Origin: Saprospiraceae bacterium
GTDB taxonomy: Bacteria > Bacteroidota > Bacteroidia > Chitinophagales > Saprospiraceae
Reading direction: 5' to 3'
DNA: 64,000 nt
Assembly: GCA_965230495.1 (NCBI GenBank)
Contig: CBDDLC010000002.1
Location: 137,029-201,028 of the forward strand
This document shows, piece after piece, positions 20,121 through 29,915 of the stretch. The stretch's first letter is position 1. Every line of letters begins with the position of its first letter. A model generated the notes under the pieces. It had not been told where the DNA came from, did not search any database, and saw only the letters and a list, made by a program, of their open reading frames with translations. The translations under genes and the position numbers were made by a program.

Positions 20121-20477
20121 ATGGAGATTTATAAACGATTTACTTTCGATTCGGCTCATTTTTTACCCAATGTACCTGATGATCACAAGTGTAAAAATAT
20201 GCATGGACACACCTATACTCTAACGGCCTATTTTGAAGGAGACTTGGATTCTGAGATGGGATGGTTAATTGATTTTGGTGATGTTAAGAAGGTGGTAAAA
20301 CCTATTATTGATGTACTGGATCATAAGCTATTAAATAATATCGAAGGACTTGAAAATCCTACATGTGAAATAATAGCCATTTGGATTTGGAATAAAATAA
20401 AACCTAAACTACCCTTACTATCAAAAGTAATACTTGATGAAACACCAACTTCCGGGGCAATTTATGCAGGAATATAG
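20121..20477 (+). CDS. queD: 6-carboxy-5,6,7,8-tetrahydropterin synthase
   Basis: Collinear with E. coli QueD as I recall it: FDSAHFLP, the CxxxHGH motif (CKNMHGHTY), GWLIDFG, LDHKLLN and ENPTCE. Confidence 0.85.
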   Translation: MEIYKRFTFDSAHFLPNVPDDHKCKNMHGHTYTLTAYFEGDLDSEMGWLIDFGDVKKVVKPIIDVLDHKLLNNIEGLENPTCEIIAIWIWNKIKPKLPLLSKVILDETPTSGAIYAGI

Positions 20478-20541
20478 AATACGATATTCAAGAATATTGA
20501 TTTGCCAACCCTAGGATAGGTGAGGTTGTAATGATAAATAT

Positions 20542-21210
20542 TTAATCAACCCTTCGTAACCATCCAAGTATATAGGGCTCGTCAATCAACCACCTACCAT
20601 TTTGGTTTAGCATGGCGTATTTACGTCTTGTACCATTTCCAGGACCTAAATTCTGAGATATACACTCTACTGTTGTATTAGTGACTTTAGTCACTATGGC
20701 TACATGACCGAATTGATTAAATGGAGCAGCCCTATAGACCAAAAGATCTTCTTTTTTAGGTTTTGTAGTTCCGGAATTGCTGTATTGCCTTAGATTTCTT
20801 CCAGTATTGTAAGAACCATCGGATAAAGAATGATCAAAAAATTCTTTGGCGTGCCCATAACTATTAGGCATTTTATGACCAAAACGTTCGTAATAATATC
20901 TTTTTACAAATTCTACACATTGATACTTTAAACCCAAATTGTAACCATCTGGTGTTGTATTCCTTCCTGATACGTTTCTAACACTGCCATTGTCATAAAC
21001 TTTAACACCGTTAAAAGCATCTACTACTTTACCCGTTCCCTTAACTTTTCCACCTGTAGATCTTTTAGTTTTTTTTGCTACGGTTTTTTCCACGTTATCC
21101 TTTTTAGAGAAAAAAGTGATATCTGGTATTCTATCCCCTAACAACCACAAGGCTAATCCACACATTATTAAAATGGTGACCACAAGGGAAATGATTTGGC
21201 TACTTCTCAT
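20542..21210 (-). CDS. Membrane-tethered CHAP-domain amidase, glutathionylspermidine-amidase subtype
   Basis: N-terminal TM helix followed by a Lys-rich linker. YQCVEFVKRYY (catalytic Cys), FGHVAIVT (His) and a C-terminal ILGWL parallel the E. coli Gsp amidase domain (WQCVEFARRF, GHVAIIT, ILGWMI). Confidence 0.7.
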   Translation of the reverse strand: MRSSQIISLVVTILIMCGLALWLLGDRIPDITFFSKKDNVEKTVAKKTKRSTGGKVKGTGKVVDAFNGVKVYDNGSVRNVSGRNTTPDGYNLGLKYQCVEFVKRYYYERFGHKMPNSYGHAKEFFDHSLSDGSYNTGRNLRQYSNSGTTKPKKEDLLVYRAAPFNQFGHVAIVTKVTNTTVECISQNLGPGNGTRRKYAMLNQNGRWLIDEPYILGWLRRVD

Positions 21211-21648
21211 TTACTCAAAATTTAAAGTGCCTTGGTCACTGTGATATTCATCGAAAGCTTTGTCTATTGGTTCCCAAAGCTCTATAGCTCTTCCTTCTGC
21301 GTCCATAATATGGACAAATTTTCCATATTCATAGGTCTCTATTTTATCAATTATTTTAACTCCTTTAGATTTAAGTTCTTCTATTAATGATTCGATGTTT
21401 TCGACCCTATAATTAATCATAAACTCTTTTTCTGAAGGGTTAAAGTAAGGTGTGTCTTCTTTAAATGGACTCCACTGTAGGTATATATTTTGATCCGGTT
21501 TCGATACTCTTTTTTGAATGAATGTGGCACCATATTCATTGATTTTTAATCCAAGATTTTCTTGATACCATTTTTTCGTAATGTTTGGATCTTTTGATTT
21601 GAAGAATATACCTCCTATACCTATAATACGACCTTTTTTTGAACTCAT
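21211..21648 (-). CDS. VOC/glyoxalase-family protein
   Basis: IGGIFFKSKDP...YQENLGL...HIMDAEGRAIELWEP is a typical glyoxalase/bleomycin-resistance fold. Confidence 0.7.
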   Translation of the reverse strand: MSSKKGRIIGIGGIFFKSKDPNITKKWYQENLGLKINEYGATFIQKRVSKPDQNIYLQWSPFKEDTPYFNPSEKEFMINYRVENIESLIEELKSKGVKIIDKIETYEYGKFVHIMDAEGRAIELWEPIDKAFDEYHSDQGTLNFE

Positions 21649-22337
21649 TTGTGTTTTAATAATTGGTGATAAAAATATAAATATATACTGTTAACAAAAT
21701 GATTTTGATCTTGATAAAATTGTCTTTTCTTATAAAAGTCTTCAATGATTTCAGCTTGTTGTTCGAAATCGAATTCAAAAATATGTCCTTGGTCAATCAT
21801 TACCTTATGAAGTTGTTCGATTCCTCCATAATCATAAGTGTTACTTTTGGCCTGTGCTAAAAGAGCTCTAAATAAATATAAAGATCCAAATATTTGGAAT
21901 TGGTAAACATGTGTCATTTCATGGATGAATGTTTCGGGTGTCAATGTCTCACAGTAATTAATAGTATTGAAACTTACATAGGCTATACAGTATTTTTGAT
22001 AAAATTTGCCCATACTATCATTGATTCTTACCTGATCCAAATCAATAATATCTGAAAATATTTCTTGAGCGAGTATTCTTTCTTTTTGAGTAAGAGGTCT
22101 AGTTCGAGAGAATATACTTTTTATAAATTCATGGATTTCCGCTATTCCAAATATGTCAAAGGTTAGAAATAATATATCACCCAAAAACACAAGAGGATTG
22201 TTTGAAGCTATTTTGTTTGATGTAGGCAGAAATTTAAGGTTTACAACTCCAGTCAGGAATCTTAGGATTCTATTAGGAAGATAATGGAAGTATCTCCGGA
22301 CATAGAATATTAAATTCTTAATTATTCGATGTATCAC
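21645..22337 (-). CDS. HExxH zinc-metallopeptidase-like protein (DUF4157-like)
   Basis: IHEMTHVYQ is preceded by a ...VRIND...AYVSFNTI... segment, which mirrors the DUF4157 layout (VRvH...Aft.G..I...HElaHVvQ). GTG start directly after the permease stop codon. Confidence 0.45.
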   Translation of the reverse strand: MIHRIIKNLIFYVRRYFHYLPNRILRFLTGVVNLKFLPTSNKIASNNPLVFLGDILFLTFDIFGIAEIHEFIKSIFSRTRPLTQKERILAQEIFSDIIDLDQVRINDSMGKFYQKYCIAYVSFNTINYCETLTPETFIHEMTHVYQFQIFGSLYLFRALLAQAKSNTYDYGGIEQLHKVMIDQGHIFEFDFEQQAEIIEDFYKKRQFYQDQNHFVNSIYLYFYHQLLKHK

Positions 22338-23639
22338 TTATTCGTATCTAAGGATTTTAATGGGGTTAATCTTAGATATTAGAATACTTGGAAGCAACAT
22401 GCAAAGAATTACAATAAAAAAGGTGAAGACATTAATCAATAAAATTCGAATCCAGTCAAACTTTATAGGGGCCACGCTTAAATAATAATTCTTTTCATCA
22501 AGAGTAATAAATTCGAAGTAGTATTGCAGAAAGCATATACCAAGCCCTAGAAGATTGCCAAATATGATACCCCATACAACTATCTTCATTGCTTTGAGAA
22601 TAAATATTCTACGAATGACTTTGTTTTGAGCTCCTAATGATTTTAGTATTCCTATCATGGATGATCTCTCAAGGATTAATATAAGCAAGACGGTTATCAT
22701 ATTGATTATTCCAACAAGTATCATAAGTTTGAGAATGACATCCTCGTTGATGTTTTGTAGTTCCAGCCAATCGAAGATTCCAGGATATTTATTTCTTATG
22801 CTTTCAGCATATATGTGTGAAGGCAACAAATCATAATACATGTATTCGGTGAGTGTAGGAATATCTTTTAGGTAATCAGTAAATACTTCATAGCCCTGAA
22901 CTTGGTTGCTTTGCCACCCCAGAAGCTCTTGCAATAATTTGATATCACATACCATGAATTTTTGATCATATTCTTCTAGTCCTGTACTATAAATACCAAC
23001 TACTTTCATTTTTTTTCTTATCGGCTTATTGTCTCGAATAAAACTGATAATGAACTCATCGTTTAATTTCAAAATGGTTTTAGCTGCTATAGATCTTGAA
23101 ATAATTACCTCTCTACTGATAGTATCTCCAGTAATGACAGGTATACGTCCTTCTTTAATATAATTTTCAAAATGACTCCAATCATAGTTTTCGTCTACTC
23201 CCTTTTGAAGGACAGCGTGATAGTTTTTTTTATGTTGAATAACTCCAGGAATGGTGACAAACGGATGAATAGATTTAATGCCTCCGTTAGTTCTATCTTC
23301 AACATACTGCCCCTCGAGTTCTTTGCCGAAAAATTGTTTTGGTCTTTGGAATTCGACATATTGAATTCCATCAATTTCATCTATTAGTGTCTTTTCCAGT
23401 GAAATAGATTTGATATCATAATTTCTTGAAATATTGGAATCCGTAATATGAATATGTCCCCAGAACCCAAAAACTTTGCTCGTAATTTTATGCTTAAATC
23501 CGTTAATTAGGCACGTGGTGACTATCATGATGGTCAAGCTTATGGCAATGGAACCAATGGCAATATTCACAATGTGATTTGTGAAACCTTGATTACCTTT
23601 AATCGAATATCTCGATGCTATAAACCGCTCTAATTTCAT
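22338..23639 (-). CDS. FtsX-like ABC transporter permease (LolC/LolE type)
   Basis: N-terminal TM, large extracytoplasmic domain, and three C-terminal TMs with the FtsX-domain pattern (ILILERSSMIGILKSLGA). No adjacent ATPase gene. Confidence 0.8.
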   Translation of the reverse strand: MKLERFIASRYSIKGNQGFTNHIVNIAIGSIAISLTIMIVTTCLINGFKHKITSKVFGFWGHIHITDSNISRNYDIKSISLEKTLIDEIDGIQYVEFQRPKQFFGKELEGQYVEDRTNGGIKSIHPFVTIPGVIQHKKNYHAVLQKGVDENYDWSHFENYIKEGRIPVITGDTISREVIISRSIAAKTILKLNDEFIISFIRDNKPIRKKMKVVGIYSTGLEEYDQKFMVCDIKLLQELLGWQSNQVQGYEVFTDYLKDIPTLTEYMYYDLLPSHIYAESIRNKYPGIFDWLELQNINEDVILKLMILVGIINMITVLLILILERSSMIGILKSLGAQNKVIRRIFILKAMKIVVWGIIFGNLLGLGICFLQYYFEFITLDEKNYYLSVAPIKFDWIRILLINVFTFFIVILCMLLPSILISKINPIKILRYE

Positions 23640-23705
23640 AACGGTAGCGAATATCGCAATTAAGTTTTACTAATATTCTATTTTTGTGTTTGAATAAATC
23701 TCAAG

Positions 23706-24977
23706 TTGATGAATTTTATAGAAGAATTGAAGTGGAGAAATATGCTTCATGATAGTACTCCGGAAGTAGATAGGTTTTTGAAAGAAGGAAGCACAGTAGG
23801 TTATATTGGTTTTGATCCTACGGCACCTTCTTTGACGATAGGAAATTATGTACAAATAATGCTTTTGAGATTGTTTCAATTAAGTGGCAACACGCCAATA
23901 GTTCTTATGGGAGGAGCTACTGGAAGAATAGGAGACCCGTCAGGTAAGGATAAAGAACGTACGCTCAAAACGTACGAGGAGCTTGATAAAAACTTAAATG
24001 ATCAAGTTGATCAGATTAAGACAATGTTAGATTTTGAGGGCCCTAATGCGGCTATTTTAGTGAATAATATCGAGTTTTATGAAGATATGAACGTTCTTTC
24101 TTTTTTAAGGAATGTAGGTAAGACTCTGACTATCAACTATATGATGTCGAAAGATAGTGTAAAGAACAGATTAGATACTGGAATGTCATTTACGGAATTT
24201 AGCTATCAATTATTACAAGCATATGATTTTCAATGCTTATACGAGAAATATGGATGTAGAATTCAGATGGGTGGTTCTGATCAGTGGGGTAATATTACGT
24301 CTGGAACTGAATTTATAAGGAGAAATCTTGAAAATGCGAAGGCTTATGCAATTACTACTCCTCTTTTGACAAAAGCCAACGGACAGAAATTTGGCAAATC
24401 AGAGGAAGGTAATATTTGGATGGATGGAAGACTAACATCTCCATACAAGTTCTATCAATTTTGGTTAAATGCGGATGATCGAGATATACCTTCTTTTATG
24501 AGGTACTTTACACTAAAATCGCAAGACGAAGTTGAGGAATTGGAACGTGAACATGCTGACAATCCTAGGGAGATTAAAAGAATTTTAGCAGAGGAAATGA
24601 CAACAAGAATACATGGTGAGAAAGTGTATAGTTCCGTAATGGAGGTGTCTCAATTGTTATTTGGGAAAATGAATGCTGAGACCATTCGTTCGTTAGCAAC
24701 GGAGTCTTTTGAAGCAATTAACAGCGAGATCAGATCTTTTTCATTAAATAAAGATCAAATTTTGGGTCAACCGATTTCAGAAGCTTTGACAGCAGAGGCT
24801 CCTGTATTTCAGTCAAAAGGAGATTTGAGGCGAGCTATTGGAAATAATGCTGTTAGTGTGAATAAAGAAAAAATTGGCGACCACAATTATTTGTTTACTT
24901 TGGAAGACTTAATCTATGATAAATATATTTTGATAGAAAACGGTAAAAAGAATAAGTTTTTAGTTACAGTCAAGTAA
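23706..24977 (+). CDS. tyrS: Tyrosine--tRNA ligase
   Basis: GFDPTAPSLTIGN (HIGH region), KFGKS (KMSKS), and a C-terminal S4-like domain. Confidence 0.93.
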   Translation: MMNFIEELKWRNMLHDSTPEVDRFLKEGSTVGYIGFDPTAPSLTIGNYVQIMLLRLFQLSGNTPIVLMGGATGRIGDPSGKDKERTLKTYEELDKNLNDQVDQIKTMLDFEGPNAAILVNNIEFYEDMNVLSFLRNVGKTLTINYMMSKDSVKNRLDTGMSFTEFSYQLLQAYDFQCLYEKYGCRIQMGGSDQWGNITSGTEFIRRNLENAKAYAITTPLLTKANGQKFGKSEEGNIWMDGRLTSPYKFYQFWLNADDRDIPSFMRYFTLKSQDEVEELEREHADNPREIKRILAEEMTTRIHGEKVYSSVMEVSQLLFGKMNAETIRSLATESFEAINSEIRSFSLNKDQILGQPISEALTAEAPVFQSKGDLRRAIGNNAVSVNKEKIGDHNYLFTLEDLIYDKYILIENGKKNKFLVTVK

Positions 24978-25185
24978 TTAGAGACGGCCTATTTTATGTA
25001 ATTCATACTACTGTTGATCATATAATTATATATTATAAAAATATATAATATAAAGATTTTCAACAAATTGGAATGATTCATCAAAAAAACTGGTCCAAAG
25101 GCTTTTTTTAATGAGATTTGCGGCTTAATTTTGTGGGCTAGAATATGTGGTCGTGTTATGTCACATGGTACTAAACTTTATCCCG

Positions 25186-26529
25186 ATGAAGATTAAATTT
25201 TGTTTTGTTTTTTTTAGTTGCTTGCTGATTATATCTTGTGCAAAAGACAAGATGCCATCATCTTCTGAACTCGATAATGAGTTGAGACAGGCTATTCGAT
25301 CAGCTTCAGGAAATGGAACCTTAGATTATTACATCTTACCTAATGAATCAGATTTAGATAATATCCCATCTGATCCCATGAATCCTCTAACTCCGGAAAA
25401 AGTAGAATTGGGAAAGATGTTGTTTCATGAGACAGGTTTAGCTGTGGAAGCTATGAATGAAAGCAGTATTGGAACTTATTCTTGTGGTACATGTCACATT
25501 GCAGAGGCTGGATTTAAACCAGGTTTCTATCAGGGAGTTGCAGATGGAGGTTTGGGTTTTGGTGTATTTGGGGATAGCAGATATAGAAATAGTAATGAAT
25601 ATAGTGAAGGGGATTTAGATGTTCAGAGTGCAAGACCTCTTACAATGATTAATGTCGCTTATGTTGAAAACACTATGTGGAATGGATCTTTTGGAGGATC
25701 TGGTGTCAACGAAGGAACGGAAGAACAGTGGAATGAAGAGGATGGAACTTACCTTAATCACTTGGGCATGAAAGGTATTGAAACCCAAAATATGGAAGGG
25801 GTTCATATACATAGAATGAATTGTGATAAGGAACTACTGGAGGAATTGGGATATTTGGATTTGTTTGATGAGGTATTTGCTGATAAAATTCCTTCTGATA
25901 GATATACTATTGAAACAGCTTCGTTAGCCATGTCTGCATACATAAGAACTATTATGTCTACTCAGGCTCCGTTCCAGAAATGGTTGAAAGGAGATAATTA
26001 TGCCATGAATACTTCTCAAAAAAATGGGGCTTTGTTATTTTTTGGAAAAGCTCAGTGTTATCAATGTCATTATGAGCCTAATTTAGGGTCACACGAATTT
26101 CACGCGTTAGGAGTTAAAGACATGTGGGAAAGAAGTTCATTCAATTCAAGACCTACGGATAAACGAAATTTGGGAAGAGGTGGATTTACAGGAAATGTGG
26201 AAGACAACTATAAGTTTAAAGTTCCTGGCATTTATAATTCATCGGACACTAAGCATTATTTTCACGGAGCAAGTATTAATAACTTGGAAGACCTAATTGA
26301 ATATAAGAATATAGCAAGGTCGGAAAATGCTAATGTAACTCAAGATTTGATATCTGAGAAATTCAATCCTCTGAACCTTTCTAATGAAGAAAAAAGGCAG
26401 CTAGTTGAGTTTTTAGAAATAGGACTTAGGGATCCTAATCTTAAGAGGTATGAACCGGAATCAGTATTAAGTGGTAATTGTATTCCTAATAATGACCCTA
26501 TATCAAGGCAAGATTTGGGATGTAATTAA
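25186..26529 (+). CDS. Di-haem cytochrome c peroxidase family lipoprotein
   Basis: Two CxxCH motifs (CGTCH, CYQCH). Lipobox LLIISC at the internal Met. The track ORF starts earlier, at a GTG. Confidence 0.8.
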   Translation: MKIKFCFVFFSCLLIISCAKDKMPSSSELDNELRQAIRSASGNGTLDYYILPNESDLDNIPSDPMNPLTPEKVELGKMLFHETGLAVEAMNESSIGTYSCGTCHIAEAGFKPGFYQGVADGGLGFGVFGDSRYRNSNEYSEGDLDVQSARPLTMINVAYVENTMWNGSFGGSGVNEGTEEQWNEEDGTYLNHLGMKGIETQNMEGVHIHRMNCDKELLEELGYLDLFDEVFADKIPSDRYTIETASLAMSAYIRTIMSTQAPFQKWLKGDNYAMNTSQKNGALLFFGKAQCYQCHYEPNLGSHEFHALGVKDMWERSSFNSRPTDKRNLGRGGFTGNVEDNYKFKVPGIYNSSDTKHYFHGASINNLEDLIEYKNIARSENANVTQDLISEKFNPLNLSNEEKRQLVEFLEIGLRDPNLKRYEPESVLSGNCIPNNDPISRQDLGCN

Positions 26530-26530
26530 T

Positions 26531-26938
26531 TTATATCCTTCTCAGCAGAAATAGTAGATTTAACCAGGCCAATATTAGTACTAAGCCTCCTAACGGTGTA
26601 ATGGGTCCAAGAACAGATCGTATTGCTGGGCTTTGAACAACAGCCAATAAGTACAAGCTTCCTGAAAAAAAAATAATTCCAAGTGTGAAAAGGTAGAAAC
26701 TCCGCTTTAAAACAATATTTCGATAACTTGGTATAAGCGTAATCACGAGACACAGGATTAAGAGAATTAGAGAGTGATAAAAGTGATATCTACTTGCAGT
26801 TTCATATATTCCAAGTGAATACTCGCTTAATACTGGTTTAAGAGCATGTGCTCCAAATGCTCCTAAAATCACAGATAATGCTCCAAATACTACGGTAAAT
26901 GTAAGCAGTTTCTTGTCTCCGATTATTTTATTTCCCAA
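26531..26938 (-). CDS. DUF423-family small membrane protein
   Basis: Four TM helices with the GAFGAH motif. Confidence 0.65.
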   Translation of the reverse strand: MGNKIIGDKKLLTFTVVFGALSVILGAFGAHALKPVLSEYSLGIYETASRYHFYHSLILLILCLVITLIPSYRNIVLKRSFYLFTLGIIFFSGSLYLLAVVQSPAIRSVLGPITPLGGLVLILAWLNLLFLLRRI

Positions 26939-27609
26939 TTTATTAACGTCTTTTTGTGTTGTTGTAAATATCTATTAGTTTCTGAAAAATGACCATTACC
27001 AAAAAATCTGTTTCCAGCCAATGGTGAAGGGTGTACAGATTGTAAAATGAGATGCTTAGAAGAATCGATAAGGGAAGATTTACCTTTGGCAAAATTGCCC
27101 CATAGTAGGAATACCACATTATTACATTGCATAGAAATTTGACTGATAACAGCGTCCGTAAATGACTGCCAACCTATTTTTCTATGCGAACCCGGTTTTT
27201 TATGTTCTACTGTGAGCATGGCATTGAGCAATAAAACCCCTTGCTCGGCCCATGATGTCAAATCTCCATGAGAAGGTATGTCATGCCCTAAATCACGTTT
27301 AATTTCTTTATAAATATTAATGAGAGAAGGGGGTGTCCTGATTCCTTTGGGAACGGAAAAACACAAACCCATGGCTTCATTAGGATTATGATAAGGATCT
27401 TGGCCTAAAATGACCACTTTTAATGAACTTACAGGTGTGAGTTGAAAGGCATTAAATATTTGAGATCCTCTAGGATAGATAATTTTGCCGGCTTTTTTTT
27501 CTTTTTTTAAAGAATTGACAAGACTATGAAAATATTCTTTTTCGAATTCCTTATTGAGTAATTCTTTCCATGAGGGTTCAATTTTTACATCTATGGAAGC
27601 CATCCTCAA
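26923..27609 (-). CDS. ung: Uracil-DNA glycosylase (family 1)
   Basis: GQDPYH, GVLLLN and HPSPL motifs. Confidence 0.93.
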   Translation of the reverse strand: MRMASIDVKIEPSWKELLNKEFEKEYFHSLVNSLKKEKKAGKIIYPRGSQIFNAFQLTPVSSLKVVILGQDPYHNPNEAMGLCFSVPKGIRTPPSLINIYKEIKRDLGHDIPSHGDLTSWAEQGVLLLNAMLTVEHKKPGSHRKIGWQSFTDAVISQISMQCNNVVFLLWGNFAKGKSSLIDSSKHLILQSVHPSPLAGNRFFGNGHFSETNRYLQQHKKTLINWEIK

Positions 27610-27666
27610 AAATAATCAATATTAATATTTTTAAAGGTGTAATTTTGTCACTAGAATATCACAAAA

Positions 27667-28965
27667 TTGAATAGAGAAATACTCCGATTGGCCATACCAA
27701 ATATTCTAAGCAATATTAGTGTACCCCTTTTATCTTCAGTAGATACAATACTAATGGGAAGGATGTCCGCAGAACATATTGGTGCAGTAGGCCTCGGAGC
27801 CATAGTATTCAATTTTATCTATTGGAACTTTGGTTTTCTTAGAATGGGAACGACGGGATTGACAGCTCAATTTTTTGGAAAAAATGATGATATAGAGATT
27901 AGCAATACCTTGAGTAAGGCCCTGATTATAGCCTTTTTAGTAGCGGTTGTAATCATAGTAGTTCAGGTCCCCATTTTACACCAGCTATCAATCTTTTTAA
28001 ACGTGGATTCAGCTCTTCAGCCTATGGTAAATGATTACTTTTATACTAGGGTATGGGCGGCACCAGCCACTTTCTCTTTGTACGTATTGTTTGGATGGTT
28101 TTTTGGAATGCAAGACGCGATAGTTCCACTTATACTTACATTGATAGTCAATGTTTCAAATATTGTTTTGAGCATTGCTTTTGTTAAGTATTATGAAATG
28201 GGAGTAATAGGCGTAGCGTTGGGAACTGCAATTGCTCAGTTTATCGGCGTTTTTTTTGCCATAATATTTCTAATGCGGAAGTATAAAAAGTATTGTCTCA
28301 ATCTGAATTTAAGGGTTGTGCGGAAGTTGGGAGAACTAACCGCCTTTTTGAATATAAATGCAAATATTTTTGTTAGGACACTGTGCTTAACCTTTGCCTT
28401 TGGTTTCTTTTATAGCATGAGTTCTGCTGAAGGGGCAATATTTCTAGCTGTCAATGTGATTTTGTTACAATTCACTAATTGGATGAGCTATGGAATAGAT
28501 GGTTTCGCCTATGCTAGTGAAAGTTTAGTGGGTAAATATCACGGAGCCCAAAATGATAAAAAACTTCATCAGGCCATAGTATATTCTATTTATTGGGGAC
28601 TGGGACTGGCTATCTTATATAGCATGCTCTACTATTTTGGGGGAGAGCTATTATTGACTGTATTTACTGATAAGGCCGAAGTGATTACGGCTTCGATACC
28701 ATACCTATTTTGGATGGGAATACTGCCAATACTGGGTTTTGCCAGTTATATCTGGGATGGCGTATTTGTAGGATTTACAGCAGGAGTTGCAATGAGAAAT
28801 AGTATGTTGATTTCGCTAATTCTATATTTGGGCACATACTATTTAACAAAAGAGTATTTGGGTATTATGCATAGTTTATGGTTAAGTCTTTCAATATTCT
28901 TACTTGTAAGAGGGCTTGTTCAAACCTATATGTATTACAAAAAGGAAAAATATCTTTTTAAGTGA
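27667..28965 (+). CDS. MATE-family efflux transporter
   Basis: 12-TM protein with a typical MATE N-terminus (EILRLAIPNILSNISVPLL.SVDT). TTG start in the track. Confidence 0.85.
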   Translation: MNREILRLAIPNILSNISVPLLSSVDTILMGRMSAEHIGAVGLGAIVFNFIYWNFGFLRMGTTGLTAQFFGKNDDIEISNTLSKALIIAFLVAVVIIVVQVPILHQLSIFLNVDSALQPMVNDYFYTRVWAAPATFSLYVLFGWFFGMQDAIVPLILTLIVNVSNIVLSIAFVKYYEMGVIGVALGTAIAQFIGVFFAIIFLMRKYKKYCLNLNLRVVRKLGELTAFLNINANIFVRTLCLTFAFGFFYSMSSAEGAIFLAVNVILLQFTNWMSYGIDGFAYASESLVGKYHGAQNDKKLHQAIVYSIYWGLGLAILYSMLYYFGGELLLTVFTDKAEVITASIPYLFWMGILPILGFASYIWDGVFVGFTAGVAMRNSMLISLILYLGTYYLTKEYLGIMHSLWLSLSIFLLVRGLVQTYMYYKKEKYLFK

Positions 28966-29068
28966 ATCTGAATAAAAAAGAACATGATTAATGTTTTATA
29001 AATATTGATAGCAGACTTACAATCAATTAAATATACATTGTTCTCATCCTTAGACTTTTTTAAAGGAG

Positions 29069-29416
29069 TTATTTGCACAGGGCCAGCCCTTCACTAAGAA
29101 TCTCATTAATAGTATCAATAGGTAAATCCCTATTGGGATTTACTCTAAAGATCTTCATTTTTACCCTTTTACCAATTTCGAGACTTGGGTGATTCAAGTG
29201 TTTACCTTCTACCATAAGAATATATGGTTCAGTGGTTTTTTTATCCACCCAGAGATAACAAAGAATACTCTTTTTATAACAAAAGCAAGGCATTCCCCAT
29301 TTTTGAGTTTCAACTAAATCCGCGTCTTGATTAAGTATTATACTTCGTAAAGCTAAAAGACAACTTCTGTTAGTCTCATCATGTGCTAAATAATAACTAT
29401 CTATTTCCTCTGACAT
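29069..29416 (-). CDS. DUF1801 (YdhG-like) domain protein
   Basis: Size and the WGMPCF motif region. Confidence 0.5.
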   Translation of the reverse strand: MSEEIDSYYLAHDETNRSCLLALRSIILNQDADLVETQKWGMPCFCYKKSILCYLWVDKKTTEPYILMVEGKHLNHPSLEIGKRVKMKIFRVNPNRDLPIDTINEILSEGLALCK

Positions 29417-29424
29417 GTCAAATA

Positions 29425-29883
29425 TTATTTTAAACCTATGAAAAAGTTGACTTCAGCATTATGTGGGTTAGCTGCACTTTCGCCATATGTCTCAAAATCG
29501 GCAACATAATCACGATCTAGTTCCATATTCCATATTTTCATCCATTCCTGAGCGACTAAACCTTCCATTAGGTTGCCTATCGCAGTAATAAGAAGGTACT
29601 TTCCACCATCGAAAGATTTTCCTGTCATTCCCGCTGGAATTTCATTTAGATGCTCTACTTTACAACCAAGTATTACAGTATATGGTTCTGTATGATCGGA
29701 GGCATAATCAGTATAAAGCGAATAAATAGTATTGTCCAGTTTATTGGGTATTTTGTCTAGAATATTATTTGACATAAAACTGGTCCAAAGATTGCCTATA
29801 TCCTTTAAAGCTCTTCCATCTTTATTTGAAGTTCTGATGGATATTCCAATTAACATAAATGGTTTAATTTGTACCTCTTGCAT
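29425..29883 (-). CDS. GyrI-like small-molecule-binding (AraC effector-binding domain) protein
   Basis: The FMLIGISIRTSN...YSLYTDY...FETYGE pattern is typical of the GyrI-like fold. Confidence 0.65.
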   Translation of the reverse strand: MQEVQIKPFMLIGISIRTSNKDGRALKDIGNLWTSFMSNNILDKIPNKLDNTIYSLYTDYASDHTEPYTVILGCKVEHLNEIPAGMTGKSFDGGKYLLITAIGNLMEGLVAQEWMKIWNMELDRDYVADFETYGESAANPHNAEVNFFIGLK

Positions 29884-29915
29884 TTTTATTTTTTTTGATT
29901 TAATACAAATGTAGA

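Noticed and set aside
15903-20477. A tetrahydrobiopterin link: an SDR as sepiapterin reductase plus a 6-pyruvoyl-tetrahydropterin synthase flanking the tyrosine catabolic genes.
   Set aside because: The 118-aa protein is collinear with E. coli QueD, including CxxxHGH, so a queuosine role is the simpler reading. No phenylalanine hydroxylase or pterin carbinolamine dehydratase gene is in the window. The SDR has no specific sepiapterin reductase signature that I can see.
23640-23705. A T-box leader upstream of tyrS.
   Set aside because: The intergenic region is only 66 nt, far too short for a T-box.
25015-25060. An AT-only, palindrome-like stretch (TATAATTATATATTATAAAAATATATAATATAAAG) downstream of tyrS. 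I considered it as a repeat or CRISPR-like element.
   Set aside because: It is a single, imperfect, low-complexity TA-rich tract with no repeat-spacer periodicity. It is most likely just AT-rich intergenic or promoter DNA.
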